IMG/VR virus record: IMGVR_UViG_3300031999_000001
Span: 1 to 64,000 of that record
DNA from: a virus
Lineage: Duplodnaviria; Heunggongvirae; Uroviricota; Caudoviricetes
Length of the DNA: 64,000 nt
Strand: one strand, 5' to 3'
The stretch's first letter is position 1. Each line of letters starts with the position of its first letter. The notes under the pieces are model-generated. The model searched no databases. It was given only the letters and a program-made list of their open reading frames with translations, and was not told the DNA's origin. Below, piece by piece: positions 10,093-18,648 of the stretch. A program made the translations under genes and the position numbers.

Positions 10093-10650
10093 TCACGCCA
10101 AAATCTTATCCTTCAATAATTCACGAAGAAATACGTTTTTTATCCCACCAATTAATTGAATCCATTCTTTATAATATTCGGGATACTTTTTTATAATTGC
10201 ATCATTTTTCATTGTTTTTAAAAGAACTAATTCAACTGATGCTCGACTACTTTCCATTGGAATCCTTTCAATTAGGTACTCAATAAAATCAGGATAATCT
10301 TTTTTGTTAAATACTCTTTCATCAGCAATGAAACAAAGAGCAGTTAATGCATTGTTTAAATCAGGTTCTTTGAAATATGAAAAGAGTATTTCATTTTCAA
10401 GTAACTGATCACCAATTTGATTTAATGTTCCTTCAGCAATGCCATCAAAATCTCTTTGTTCATTGGTTGTGCCACCATTAAGAATTATCCACGTTTTCCA
10501 ATTAGTTGCAAAATCAATAAATTCTTTAGTTTGTCCATATTTGAGAGCATATTCCAATGCTGTGTGCCCGCACATAATGCCTTGTGATATACCCTTAAGT
10601 GATGAAACAACAAAAAAATACATACGAAATTCAAGTTTATTTTCTTCCAT
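10093..10650 (-). CDS. hypothetical protein, possible PTH2-like (peptidyl-tRNA hydrolase 2) fold
   Basis: N-terminal FFVVSSLKGISQGIMCGHTALEYA resembles the PTH2 signature (hhR.DL.MgkGKiaAQ.gHAa). The rest is divergent and the protein is longer than PTH2. Confidence 0.25.
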   Translation of the reverse strand: MEENKLEFRMYFFVVSSLKGISQGIMCGHTALEYALKYGQTKEFIDFATNWKTWIILNGGTTNEQRDFDGIAEGTLNQIGDQLLENEILFSYFKEPDLNNALTALCFIADERVFNKKDYPDFIEYLIERIPMESSRASVELVLLKTMKNDAIIKKYPEYYKEWIQLIGGIKNVFLRELLKDKILA

Positions 10651-10850
10651 AATTACTTATATTATCATACACAACCATAAAATCAACCATACCATCACTA
10701 TTATGAACAATAAGTTTTGCATCATAACGTGTGGCATAATGGAAAGCAAGGTCTCTATGTTTAAAATTTCGTAATGATCTATTACCATTTTTTTTATAAA
10801 CACCCCATTTTCTTCTGGATTTCATTATATGAATTTCTTCCATAATTTTA

Positions 10851-11216
10851 TTAATTTACACCAACAATTGATGCTGCTTTCATTGCACCACGTACTGTAG
10901 GCAACCATGATAATAATGGTGAATATTTTCCTTGATTCATCAACATTGCACTTACAACATTACAAACCCATTCAACTTCAAGTTGAAAGCAACGAAACCA
11001 CCAATAATTATCCCTTTGCTCACCAAATGCATCATTCATTTTTTTTGATGCTTCATTCCAGACTTCAATGAGTTCTTCTGGACTTTTATTACGACAGGCT
11101 TCAAATCCTGCAATTGAACCTTCTAATTCTAATTTTTTTGATTCTTCGGTATAATCTGATTTGGCTGCTTCTATACCTTCATCAATTACTTTTGTTAAAA
11201 ATTCTGTGTAACCCAT
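10851..11216 (-). CDS. hypothetical protein
   Basis: ORF only. Confidence 0.35.
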   Translation of the reverse strand: MGYTEFLTKVIDEGIEAAKSDYTEESKKLELEGSIAGFEACRNKSPEELIEVWNEASKKMNDAFGEQRDNYWWFRCFQLEVEWVCNVVSAMLMNQGKYSPLLSWLPTVRGAMKAASIVGVN

Positions 11217-11425
11217 ATGTATTTTCTCCTATTAATTATTAATTAATTTTCTCTCAATCAATATAGATTCTGATATCCAGTGCTTTTCGCAATAATTTGG
11301 GTAAACAGTATCAATACGATAAAGCACCAAATGTTGAATACCTAAAAATGGTAATTTTTTTATTTTCAAACTAACGCCTTCAAATCGAATCCCCGGACAG
11401 AATTCATAATAAATTAATTTTTTCA

Positions 11426-12331
11426 TTAGTTATCTTTTCTTATTTCTGTTAATTTTTTATCACCAGTAAGCCATTCACGAATTTCTTCGACTGTATACCA
11501 ACCATGATTATCATCATCATCACTGTAATTAACCCAATACCAAATATCATATTTGGTTTTAAGTTCTTTCTTACGTATTTCACGTGCTTCCGTATTCTCA
11601 TAATCAATCCATTTTGCAGAACATGCCATATAATATTTTGCTTTACCATAACCATTTTGATTGGCATATTTTTCTTTGATTTTTGTCATGCCAATTTTTT
11701 CCTCATAATCCTCACGATCATAATATTCTTTATCTGCTTCGTACATTTGGTCAAGTTCTTTTTGTGGTAAACGGTCAGCAATTAGTAATGAAAGACTGGA
11801 ATTGCTAAAAGGATTTTTTCGCATTAAATTAATATGAGCAATTGCAATATTACATTTCTGAAATGCTTCATATAATTCATTCAAATAACCAACCTCTTTT
11901 TCACCCATTACACCAACGCCAAAACTTCCTTCATCCCATGCACATGTAATTGGGTCTTTGAGTTCTCTGGTAGTACTTGGATGTTTTTCTTGCCACTCCA
12001 TGTTCCATAAAATATCCTCTTTATAATTCTTTAAATCATTTGGAATATTTTCTTCGGATTCAGTCATTCTTCTGCAACTATAACCAGTGTAAAGTAATGC
12101 ATATTTTTTCTTTTTAAAAGTTTCTTTTTTAAAAACAAGGTTATCAATATTTTTAGTTATTGTGCGATTTTTAATACCCATGTTTTTGTTTGTGCCTTCA
12201 GGTATGGCAAATCTTCTTCGTAAATCCTTAATGCCCCTTTCATGTTCGGCAGTATAATCATAACCAAGTGATATTCCGATAAATTTATCATCAATAATTA
12301 TAATTCCATAATCTTGACTTGCTTTTCTCAT
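11426..12331 (-). CDS. hypothetical protein
   Basis: ORF only. Confidence 0.4.
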   Translation of the reverse strand: MRKASQDYGIIIIDDKFIGISLGYDYTAEHERGIKDLRRRFAIPEGTNKNMGIKNRTITKNIDNLVFKKETFKKKKYALLYTGYSCRRMTESEENIPNDLKNYKEDILWNMEWQEKHPSTTRELKDPITCAWDEGSFGVGVMGEKEVGYLNELYEAFQKCNIAIAHINLMRKNPFSNSSLSLLIADRLPQKELDQMYEADKEYYDREDYEEKIGMTKIKEKYANQNGYGKAKYYMACSAKWIDYENTEAREIRKKELKTKYDIWYWVNYSDDDDNHGWYTVEEIREWLTGDKKLTEIRKDN

Positions 12332-12387
12332 TGTTTTATTTTTTTATTTATATGCAAATATAGAAAAATTTTTAATATATAGTATAT

Positions 12388-14349
12388 CTATTGTTTTAAA
12401 AAATGTTTAACCTTATCGTCATAAGAATATATTAATTTATCATTAATTTCTTTTTGCACAAGACCTAATCCATTATTATTGCATATGAAACGAAACTGTT
12501 CAACATTTATTGTGTTATTATCCATAGCAAATTTAACAAGCAATTTATATATCCTCAAATGTTTTGTTAAAATATCTTTTGCCCTTTTCTTTTCTTCTGC
12601 TAAAATATTTTCAATTATGTTATTTGTTGAATCAATATCATAATTTAATTCATGTGGTAATGGTGATTCTTTTTTTCCAATTCTTGATATATTTCCATCC
12701 ATACCATACATTCTAACATATTTTCCCGCAACATCTGTTGCATATAATATATCAATTGATGCACCATTTGACTTATATTCTTCACCAAATACAATTTCTT
12801 CCGCAACAAGACCTGCTAAATATATAACCATTTGATTTCTTATAAATGTTTTATTATCAATCAAAGTATGATTAATAACAAAACCATTTGAAAGACCAGC
12901 ACTATTAATATTTATTTGTTTTGGCGGTGTATTAAAAAGTAATGCGTATGTAAGTGCATGACCTAATTCATGAACAGCAAAAAGCATTTTTTCATCTACT
13001 GACTTACTCTCACGAATATTATCAATATCCAAAACAATTTCTTTTGTAATTTTTTTCTTGTTGATTTCACTAAAAAGTATCTTATTTTCGAAATCAAGAT
13101 AGAACTCGTTTACATTGTTTAAGAGAGCATGATACATGAAATGAGGTAGATTACTGCCAAGTACATTGAAAACCGTGGAAATTGCAGGTCTAACCCCTTG
13201 TGTGGGAAATACACCATTCCTATATATCACATCGAAAATATTATTTGATAATGTAATTTTTATGGCGTGTTCTTTTTCAATTCTATTTAAAATTTGATAA
13301 CAATTCTTTTTAATAATTGTATAATAACTTTGCTTATCTAAACAAGGATATATAACATGATTATTACCAAATCTGGCAATTTGTTCCGGTTTAAATTGAG
13401 TGGATAACGCATTTTTTATGTGAACGATATTAATTCGTTTTGATAATTCATGATATACGTCAGCGTCTGTTTCACTATCTTCGATATCATCAGCCATTTT
13501 AAACGCAGTATCAAGATTTCCAGATATAAAAATTAAAAGTTTCTCATATGATTTACCATCATTAACATTTCCAGCTTTTAATGTTTTTTCCATAATTTCC
13601 ATGCGTTCTTCAAGACTCATTCTCATAATTTCTTCTGCAGAGATTTGCAAATTAAGCATTTTTTTAAATCTATTTGCAGTCCAATGAGAAGTTTTGAACC
13701 GATAACTTTTTATTTTTTTTGGAACAGATTTTATCAAATTTTTACCACTTTGTCTTTTTGGTTTGTCTTTGGCTTCTGCTGATACTTCATCAGTATTTTC
13801 TCTTTGGTCAAGCCAATACATTTCTTCAAGCATCATTTCCATAATTTCAACTCTACGTTGTGAATTATTTTGAAATTTACCATCAGAAAGTAACGTCCAG
13901 ACATCATTAAAATATTTATTTTCAAGCATTTCACCTTGTTCATTCAAGGTACGATAACGTTGAATTTCATCAAGTAAAAGTATTGCGGGTTCATTTGAAT
14001 CAATGCCACTATTTTCTAAATAATTTTCAACATTTCTGGCATAATCATTTTTAATATCCATTTGAATTTCAATAAATTTATCATTAAAATTCAAAAGACT
14101 AACAAGGGTACGAACCAAATCTGTTTTACCAACACCAGTAATACCCCATAATGAAATAATAAGTGGTCTGAATTGAATTTTAGGTGTTAAATACCACAAT
14201 GAAATATTATCCATAATTTTGTCAATAACATCATTAATACCAATGAATTTTTCTTTTAAACCTATTTTAACATCTTCAAGTTTTTTTCTTTTGTTTTCAA
14301 TTTCTTTAAGAAATTCATTATTCATAATTTCGGGTTTTATATATATCAT
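12388..14349 (-). CDS. FtsH-like AAA+ ATPase / M41 zinc metalloprotease lacking transmembrane segments
   Basis: Walker A GITGVGKT and Walker B ILLLDEIQ. A second AAA region (LIFISGN ... FKPEQIARFGNNHVIYPCLD) tracks the FtsH box ATNRPD...RPGRFD. The C-terminal peptidase region tracks FtsH closely (AVHELGHALTYALL ~ HEAGHAL; LAGLVAEEIVFGEEYKSNGASIDILYATDVAGKYVRMYGM ~ FtsH LGGRAAEE..FG..TTGASNDIE.AT.IAR.MV..G). No hydrophobic segment is present. Confidence 0.65.
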   Translation of the reverse strand: MIYIKPEIMNNEFLKEIENKRKKLEDVKIGLKEKFIGINDVIDKIMDNISLWYLTPKIQFRPLIISLWGITGVGKTDLVRTLVSLLNFNDKFIEIQMDIKNDYARNVENYLENSGIDSNEPAILLLDEIQRYRTLNEQGEMLENKYFNDVWTLLSDGKFQNNSQRRVEIMEMMLEEMYWLDQRENTDEVSAEAKDKPKRQSGKNLIKSVPKKIKSYRFKTSHWTANRFKKMLNLQISAEEIMRMSLEERMEIMEKTLKAGNVNDGKSYEKLLIFISGNLDTAFKMADDIEDSETDADVYHELSKRINIVHIKNALSTQFKPEQIARFGNNHVIYPCLDKQSYYTIIKKNCYQILNRIEKEHAIKITLSNNIFDVIYRNGVFPTQGVRPAISTVFNVLGSNLPHFMYHALLNNVNEFYLDFENKILFSEINKKKITKEIVLDIDNIRESKSVDEKMLFAVHELGHALTYALLFNTPPKQININSAGLSNGFVINHTLIDNKTFIRNQMVIYLAGLVAEEIVFGEEYKSNGASIDILYATDVAGKYVRMYGMDGNISRIGKKESPLPHELNYDIDSTNNIIENILAEEKKRAKDILTKHLRIYKLLVKFAMDNNTINVEQFRFICNNNGLGLVQKEINDKLIYSYDDKVKHFLKQ

Positions 14350-15727
14350 TATTTATAATCCAAAAATTTATAGCAATTGAAATTGCTAATGCAAACACAT
14401 AAATAAATATTATTGCACCTGTCGATGGCTCTACGGTTAAATAACTAAATTCTTCGAAAGACCTTCTTTGAAATTTATTAAGATTTTGATTCAGATAATT
14501 ATAATAATCATCCCATGTTTGTTCTGTTAACATCGGATATTTTGATTTTATTTTAATTATGGTGTCAGTACTGATTTGCTTTGGAAATGGAAGAACATCA
14601 GGCAATTTTTCTCCAGCTTTACCCAATATGGCTTTTTTTGTTTTTTTATCAATAGGAATTACAGGTGGAAAATTTTCTTTTTTTACTGTACTATCTTTAT
14701 ATGTATAAAGGTTCAGTATTTCGTTTTTTACTTCAGCAGTTAACACATCGGAAGTTGCCCATGAAAATGCATGTGACCATAGTATTTGATTGCCTTTTTT
14801 ACCAATACATACCACTAACTCATTCTTATTGCTTTTAACCCAATAATTTTCCTGATATTGAGCAATTGACCTTGGTTTATTTTCAAATACCAATATCCAA
14901 AGTCTTAATTGGTTACTTACACCAAATTTACCATTGAGTCTTTTAAATTTTTCTTGGGTTTCTTTACTGATATTATCACCTAATATTGTTGGATATTCAA
15001 GACCTTGTGTCATATGAAATAAACTACTGCCTTCATATGATGGATATTTAAATAATCCCATACTGTCAGCTTCTTCTTCTTTAACAAGTTTAATATTAAA
15101 AATGGTTAAATCAGATGCTTTAATACGATTTTCATATGAATGTTGACTTACATATGCTTTACGAGTTTCATCAGTACCATCCCAAGTTGTCTGATATACA
15201 TATGATATTTCTCCCACACGTTTACCTTCGAATTTAGTTCCTTTACTACCAACACATCTATCACGTGATGCAAAATTATTATGAGAATCAATTGATGTTT
15301 TTTTGGTGCGAAATTGTTTTACTAATTCATCATGTTGTTTTTCAGCAATATTAAATTTTTCATTAATATCTGTAACTGCCCACCAAGACGGTCCAACATC
15401 ATCCTGATGTGAACAATCATATGTTTCCGTGCAGTAATTAGTATTTCCTTTGCTATCAGTACCACATGGATAAGTTCTTGTACAAATTTCAGTATGCCAA
15501 TAATTATATGGTTCTTCTTCATATACAGCAGTAACGGTTGAACCCCAATATTCACTAAATTGAACACTGGTATAATTAATAATTAATTTAGAAATTATTA
15601 TTGCAATAAGTACAGACCCAATAGGTATGAAAAATTCCCACCAAGTAAATTCATGTTTTTTTATAAAATAAAAAACTGCTGTTACCAATATGGGAACTAA
15701 TATTGCAAAATAATAAAATTCTGACAT
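14318..15727 (-). CDS. membrane protein (two N-terminal and one C-terminal TM helices, large Cys/Trp/Tyr-rich central domain)
   Basis: Hydrophobic helices at both ends; overlaps the FtsH-like gene by 32 nt, indicating translational coupling. Confidence 0.5.
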   Translation of the reverse strand: MSEFYYFAILVPILVTAVFYFIKKHEFTWWEFFIPIGSVLIAIIISKLIINYTSVQFSEYWGSTVTAVYEEEPYNYWHTEICTRTYPCGTDSKGNTNYCTETYDCSHQDDVGPSWWAVTDINEKFNIAEKQHDELVKQFRTKKTSIDSHNNFASRDRCVGSKGTKFEGKRVGEISYVYQTTWDGTDETRKAYVSQHSYENRIKASDLTIFNIKLVKEEEADSMGLFKYPSYEGSSLFHMTQGLEYPTILGDNISKETQEKFKRLNGKFGVSNQLRLWILVFENKPRSIAQYQENYWVKSNKNELVVCIGKKGNQILWSHAFSWATSDVLTAEVKNEILNLYTYKDSTVKKENFPPVIPIDKKTKKAILGKAGEKLPDVLPFPKQISTDTIIKIKSKYPMLTEQTWDDYYNYLNQNLNKFQRRSFEEFSYLTVEPSTGAIIFIYVFALAISIAINFWIINNDIYKTRNYE

Positions 15728-15729
15728 GC

Positions 15730-16578
15730 TTATTCGTTTTTAGGTATATAATTCAATAAAAATTCTCTATCTTGTGTAAATGTTGGGCATTCATCGGCAA
15801 CCCATTTACTACGAATGGTTGTTTGTAAACAATCGACAGGTGGCATTCCTTCTGGTAATTTAGGTGTGACAACTACTTCAACCTGTTGTTTAAAAATAAA
15901 TCTACCACGCTTATACTTAGGTGCATAGTCGTTCCAGTTAATACCCTTTTGGAATATCATTTCCTGCTGTTCACTCACATTTTTACCTGCAAGTTCTTTG
16001 TGACTGTAAAGACTCTGTGCAACACTTGAAATGCTATTGCGAACAGTATCTTGCTGTCTCCAAATGAAGTAGTTTTCAACCTCATAGTCACACGGAATGG
16101 TAAATACTCTGGCATCAAATTCAGCAAGTTTAGAACCAAGCACTTCACCAAGAAGAACCTGTTCAAATGCAGTAATTCCATGTGCCTCAATATCAACATT
16201 CATGCTTCCATATGCACGAAATATTCTTAACTGATTGAACTTAGCGGTAGCCATACTTGCAGCAACACTTGCCATTTTCTGGATATTACCGTCAAACCAC
16301 GCATCAGTACCTATCTTATCAAAGTCAGTAAGAAGAATGCTGATTTCATCACTCTGAACGAAACCAAACTTAGCACCCTGCATGTTCTTGCAGAGATAAC
16401 AAGCTGTTTCATCCATGTCAGCAATAAGACCATCATCAAACGGCTTATTCAGTCCACGTGTATATGTGTGGAATGCTTTGCCATCAATGCGAATGATTGT
16501 GTATGTTCTGCGGGGAAGTGTAATACGAGTTCTATCCTCATAATACTTCTTCATCCTATCACCAAATTCGTCTCTCAT
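15730..16578 (-). CDS. Thg1-like protein (tRNA-His guanylyltransferase family, 3'-5' nucleotidyltransferase, TLP)
   Basis: IIRIDGKAFHTY ~ Thg1 VVVRLDGRNFHRF. FGFVQSDEISILL ~ YGQSDEYSFVF. FDARVFTIP..E..NYFIWRQQD ~ FDGRVVVYPS...DYLSWRQAD. Confidence 0.75.
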   Translation of the reverse strand: MRDEFGDRMKKYYEDRTRITLPRRTYTIIRIDGKAFHTYTRGLNKPFDDGLIADMDETACYLCKNMQGAKFGFVQSDEISILLTDFDKIGTDAWFDGNIQKMASVAASMATAKFNQLRIFRAYGSMNVDIEAHGITAFEQVLLGEVLGSKLAEFDARVFTIPCDYEVENYFIWRQQDTVRNSISSVAQSLYSHKELAGKNVSEQQEMIFQKGINWNDYAPKYKRGRFIFKQQVEVVVTPKLPEGMPPVDCLQTTIRSKWVADECPTFTQDREFLLNYIPKNE

Positions 16579-16705
16579 TTTTTTTCTATTATTTTCTCGT
16601 ATTTTTTTTCCATGTCTCTTGCCATTGCAGCAAGTTCGAAATTTTGAATATTGAGGAATGCCACCTTTAATTCACGAATTTTTTTTAAAATTTTCGTAGA
16701 TTCTT

Positions 16706-17569
16706 TCATTGTAATTTGTTATTAAGTTTCTGTTTAAAAAGTTGAACTGTTTTATTACCAATTGCTTTTGATGCTTCTTTGGATTCAATGATTTCTTCAC
16801 GACCTTCCCGGTAAACATCTTCAACCATTGCTTTAATAACCTCACCCATTGATTCCATATTTACATCTGTGGGAAATTTCTGCAATACGTGTTCAAGTCT
16901 GAGATTAGTTACCCATTCTTCTGCAATTGCTTTTGCATCTTCCAAAACTTTTAGTGCTTCGGGACTAATTTCACGTTTAGTTTTAGTTTCCATTTGTTCA
17001 TCTGGCTTGTACTTGCAAATAACCCTTGCACCATTATTAAGACGCATTTCAACAAGTGGACGACAAACAATGCCTTCACGCTTATGGTCGTATCCCATGC
17101 CATTACGAACGGCTTGTATTGAATACATATCTCTTAATGCTGTAAGATTTTCCAATGTAACATCAATTTTGTTATAGTGTACAAATTCAACACCGAATTG
17201 ATAACATACATCTTGTGCATTTGGCACATCAAGCCAATTATCACCGACTTTTACATCAAAGCCAATGAATCTCAGTTCCTTGCCATAAGTATGTGACATA
17301 CCCTGTTGTTTTCCACCATAGGCTTCACCAAAAATAACAACATCAATATCGGGAAATATTTCCTGAAATTTTGATTTTAGAAAATTTTCATTGAATAATG
17401 CCACAAAGTTGTCGTGTTTTTCACCACCACTGGAAAAATGAATTATTTTCTCACTGAACTTCCAGCTTATATGTGCGGATGTGCCATGAATTTTTTCCAT
17501 AGCATAACATTCCTTAAATAAAAGGATTGTCTGGTCTTTGTAAAGGTTGTCAATGTGTAAATATCCCAT
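16706..17569 (-). CDS. RNA ligase, Rnl2 family
   Basis: Nucleotidyltransferase motifs collinear with T4 Rnl2: I EKIHGTS, III VIFGEAYG, IIIa FIGFDV, IV EGIVCRP, V RVICKYK. Confidence 0.8.
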   Translation of the reverse strand: MGYLHIDNLYKDQTILLFKECYAMEKIHGTSAHISWKFSEKIIHFSSGGEKHDNFVALFNENFLKSKFQEIFPDIDVVIFGEAYGGKQQGMSHTYGKELRFIGFDVKVGDNWLDVPNAQDVCYQFGVEFVHYNKIDVTLENLTALRDMYSIQAVRNGMGYDHKREGIVCRPLVEMRLNNGARVICKYKPDEQMETKTKREISPEALKVLEDAKAIAEEWVTNLRLEHVLQKFPTDVNMESMGEVIKAMVEDVYREGREEIIESKEASKAIGNKTVQLFKQKLNNKLQ

Positions 17570-17763
17570 ATTATTCTTTATTTGTTGTTTTTTCCAATCC
17601 CTTGCCCAATAAATCCAATCCTATAAAAACAGTGGAAGGTGTACTGTCCGCAAACATTACTTCTTCTTTCTTATATCGCATCATTTTTAAAAATTCTTCT
17701 TTTTCTTTTTCTGTTTTTACAACAGGTTTTCCGTCTGAATCTTCAAAGCCAATTATTATCATT

Positions 17764-18138
17764 TTATTCGGGTGTTTCGGTTAATGTTAATAAATCATTA
17801 AGTGAAGACATACTTCTCATTTTGAATGCTGTTTCCAACGTAGGTTTTAAATCACTTGGGCAATCATCTAAATTAGATTTGCTGTCAATTAAAAATTGAA
17901 CCTTACTGTTATCATCAAGCCGAAGGGTTGTAATAACAATTTGTTCTTTTTTCTCAAAATCATATTGCATCACAATACGAATTCTTTTTGAAAATTCATT
18001 TGTAATGCCTATTCTTTTAATATTCCTTTCAACCTGAAATTGAGAAGTAGTGAGATAAATATTACCCTCAATCAAGCCTTCATATAAGAATATTTTTTCG
18101 CCTTCTTCTGTTTCAATTTTATATTTCATGTCATACAA
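17764..18138 (-). CDS. hypothetical protein
   Basis: ORF only; it sits between the RNA ligase and the structured-RNA locus. Confidence 0.35.
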   Translation of the reverse strand: MYDMKYKIETEEGEKIFLYEGLIEGNIYLTTSQFQVERNIKRIGITNEFSKRIRIVMQYDFEKKEQIVITTLRLDDNSKVQFLIDSKSNLDDCPSDLKPTLETAFKMRSMSSLNDLLTLTETPE

Positions 18139-18293
18139 ATTTTAATTAAAAAAACCAGTTTTTATCTTCATCAAAACGGGCAAAACTTAGGTTTACGAAA
18201 TTTTTCCTACCGCCATTCCTTCTTTCTGGGCATTCAGTCCCTTTCAGGCACGTTATCTGGCATTGAACACGTAGCCACCGTGTTAGGATTCGT

Positions 18294-18408
18294 GGTCGGA
18301 GCAAGGTTCGAACTTGCATGATGATATTAACTCTACAACGGGCGTATCTCTTCGTAGTCACGTAATCATCTTATGTAGGTAAGCGACTGCCAATTTCGCC
18401 ATCCAACC
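18294..18408 (-). ncRNA. tRNA-like element with non-canonical length (~115 nt) inside a 510 bp ORF-poor, GC-enriched locus (18139..18648)
   Basis: Minus strand reads GGTTGGA-T-G-GCGA-AATTGGCAG-TCGC ... GCAAG-TTCGAAC-CTTGC-TCCGACC-A. This gives a 7-bp acceptor stem (one G-U), U8, a D-stem with A14/G18G19/A21, and a canonical T-arm (G53, T54-T55-C56-G57-A58, C61). An extra ~40 nt hairpin (GATGATTA ... TAATATCATC) replaces a normal anticodon arm. No CCA is encoded. Confidence 0.3.
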
Positions 18409-18648
18409 ATCAAAAAATCTTTCTGCCCGTTTCCACACGGAATACCAGAGTTGCCCTCTATTATGTACTTCGGTCTGCCCTTACCAGACTGCTTCACTTG
18501 GCGAAGGGTATTTTACGGCAAACAACGCCCCTTGGAATAGAACTGTAATCGAGCCACGCCTCACCTTTCCCTGTGACTCTGGTTTTTTAGGGTGTAATTA
18601 CTGTTTGCTTTCAGCAGAAAGACTTTATTTTCAAAGAACTAATACTCC

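Noticed and set aside
18301-18317. Plus-strand reading of the T-arm-like palindrome (GCAAG GTTCGAA CTTGC)
   Set aside because: The loop GTTCGAA does not fit the T54-Ψ55-C56-R57-A58 register. The minus-strand reading (TTCGAAC) is canonical and is the one flanked by a matching acceptor stem.
18146-18361. 71-aa Arg-rich ORF on the minus strand inside the structured-RNA locus
   Set aside because: Its composition is dominated by Arg/Cys codons from local GC enrichment, it has no start context, and it overlaps the tRNA-like element. It is most likely an artefact of the ncRNA region.
18139-18648. tmRNA hypothesis for the GC-rich locus
   Set aside because: I found no partner for the 3' acceptor strand TCCGACC 300-400 nt upstream. 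I also found no tag-reading-frame/resume-codon arrangement. The acceptor partner found lies only ~110 nt away, which favours a tRNA-like element.
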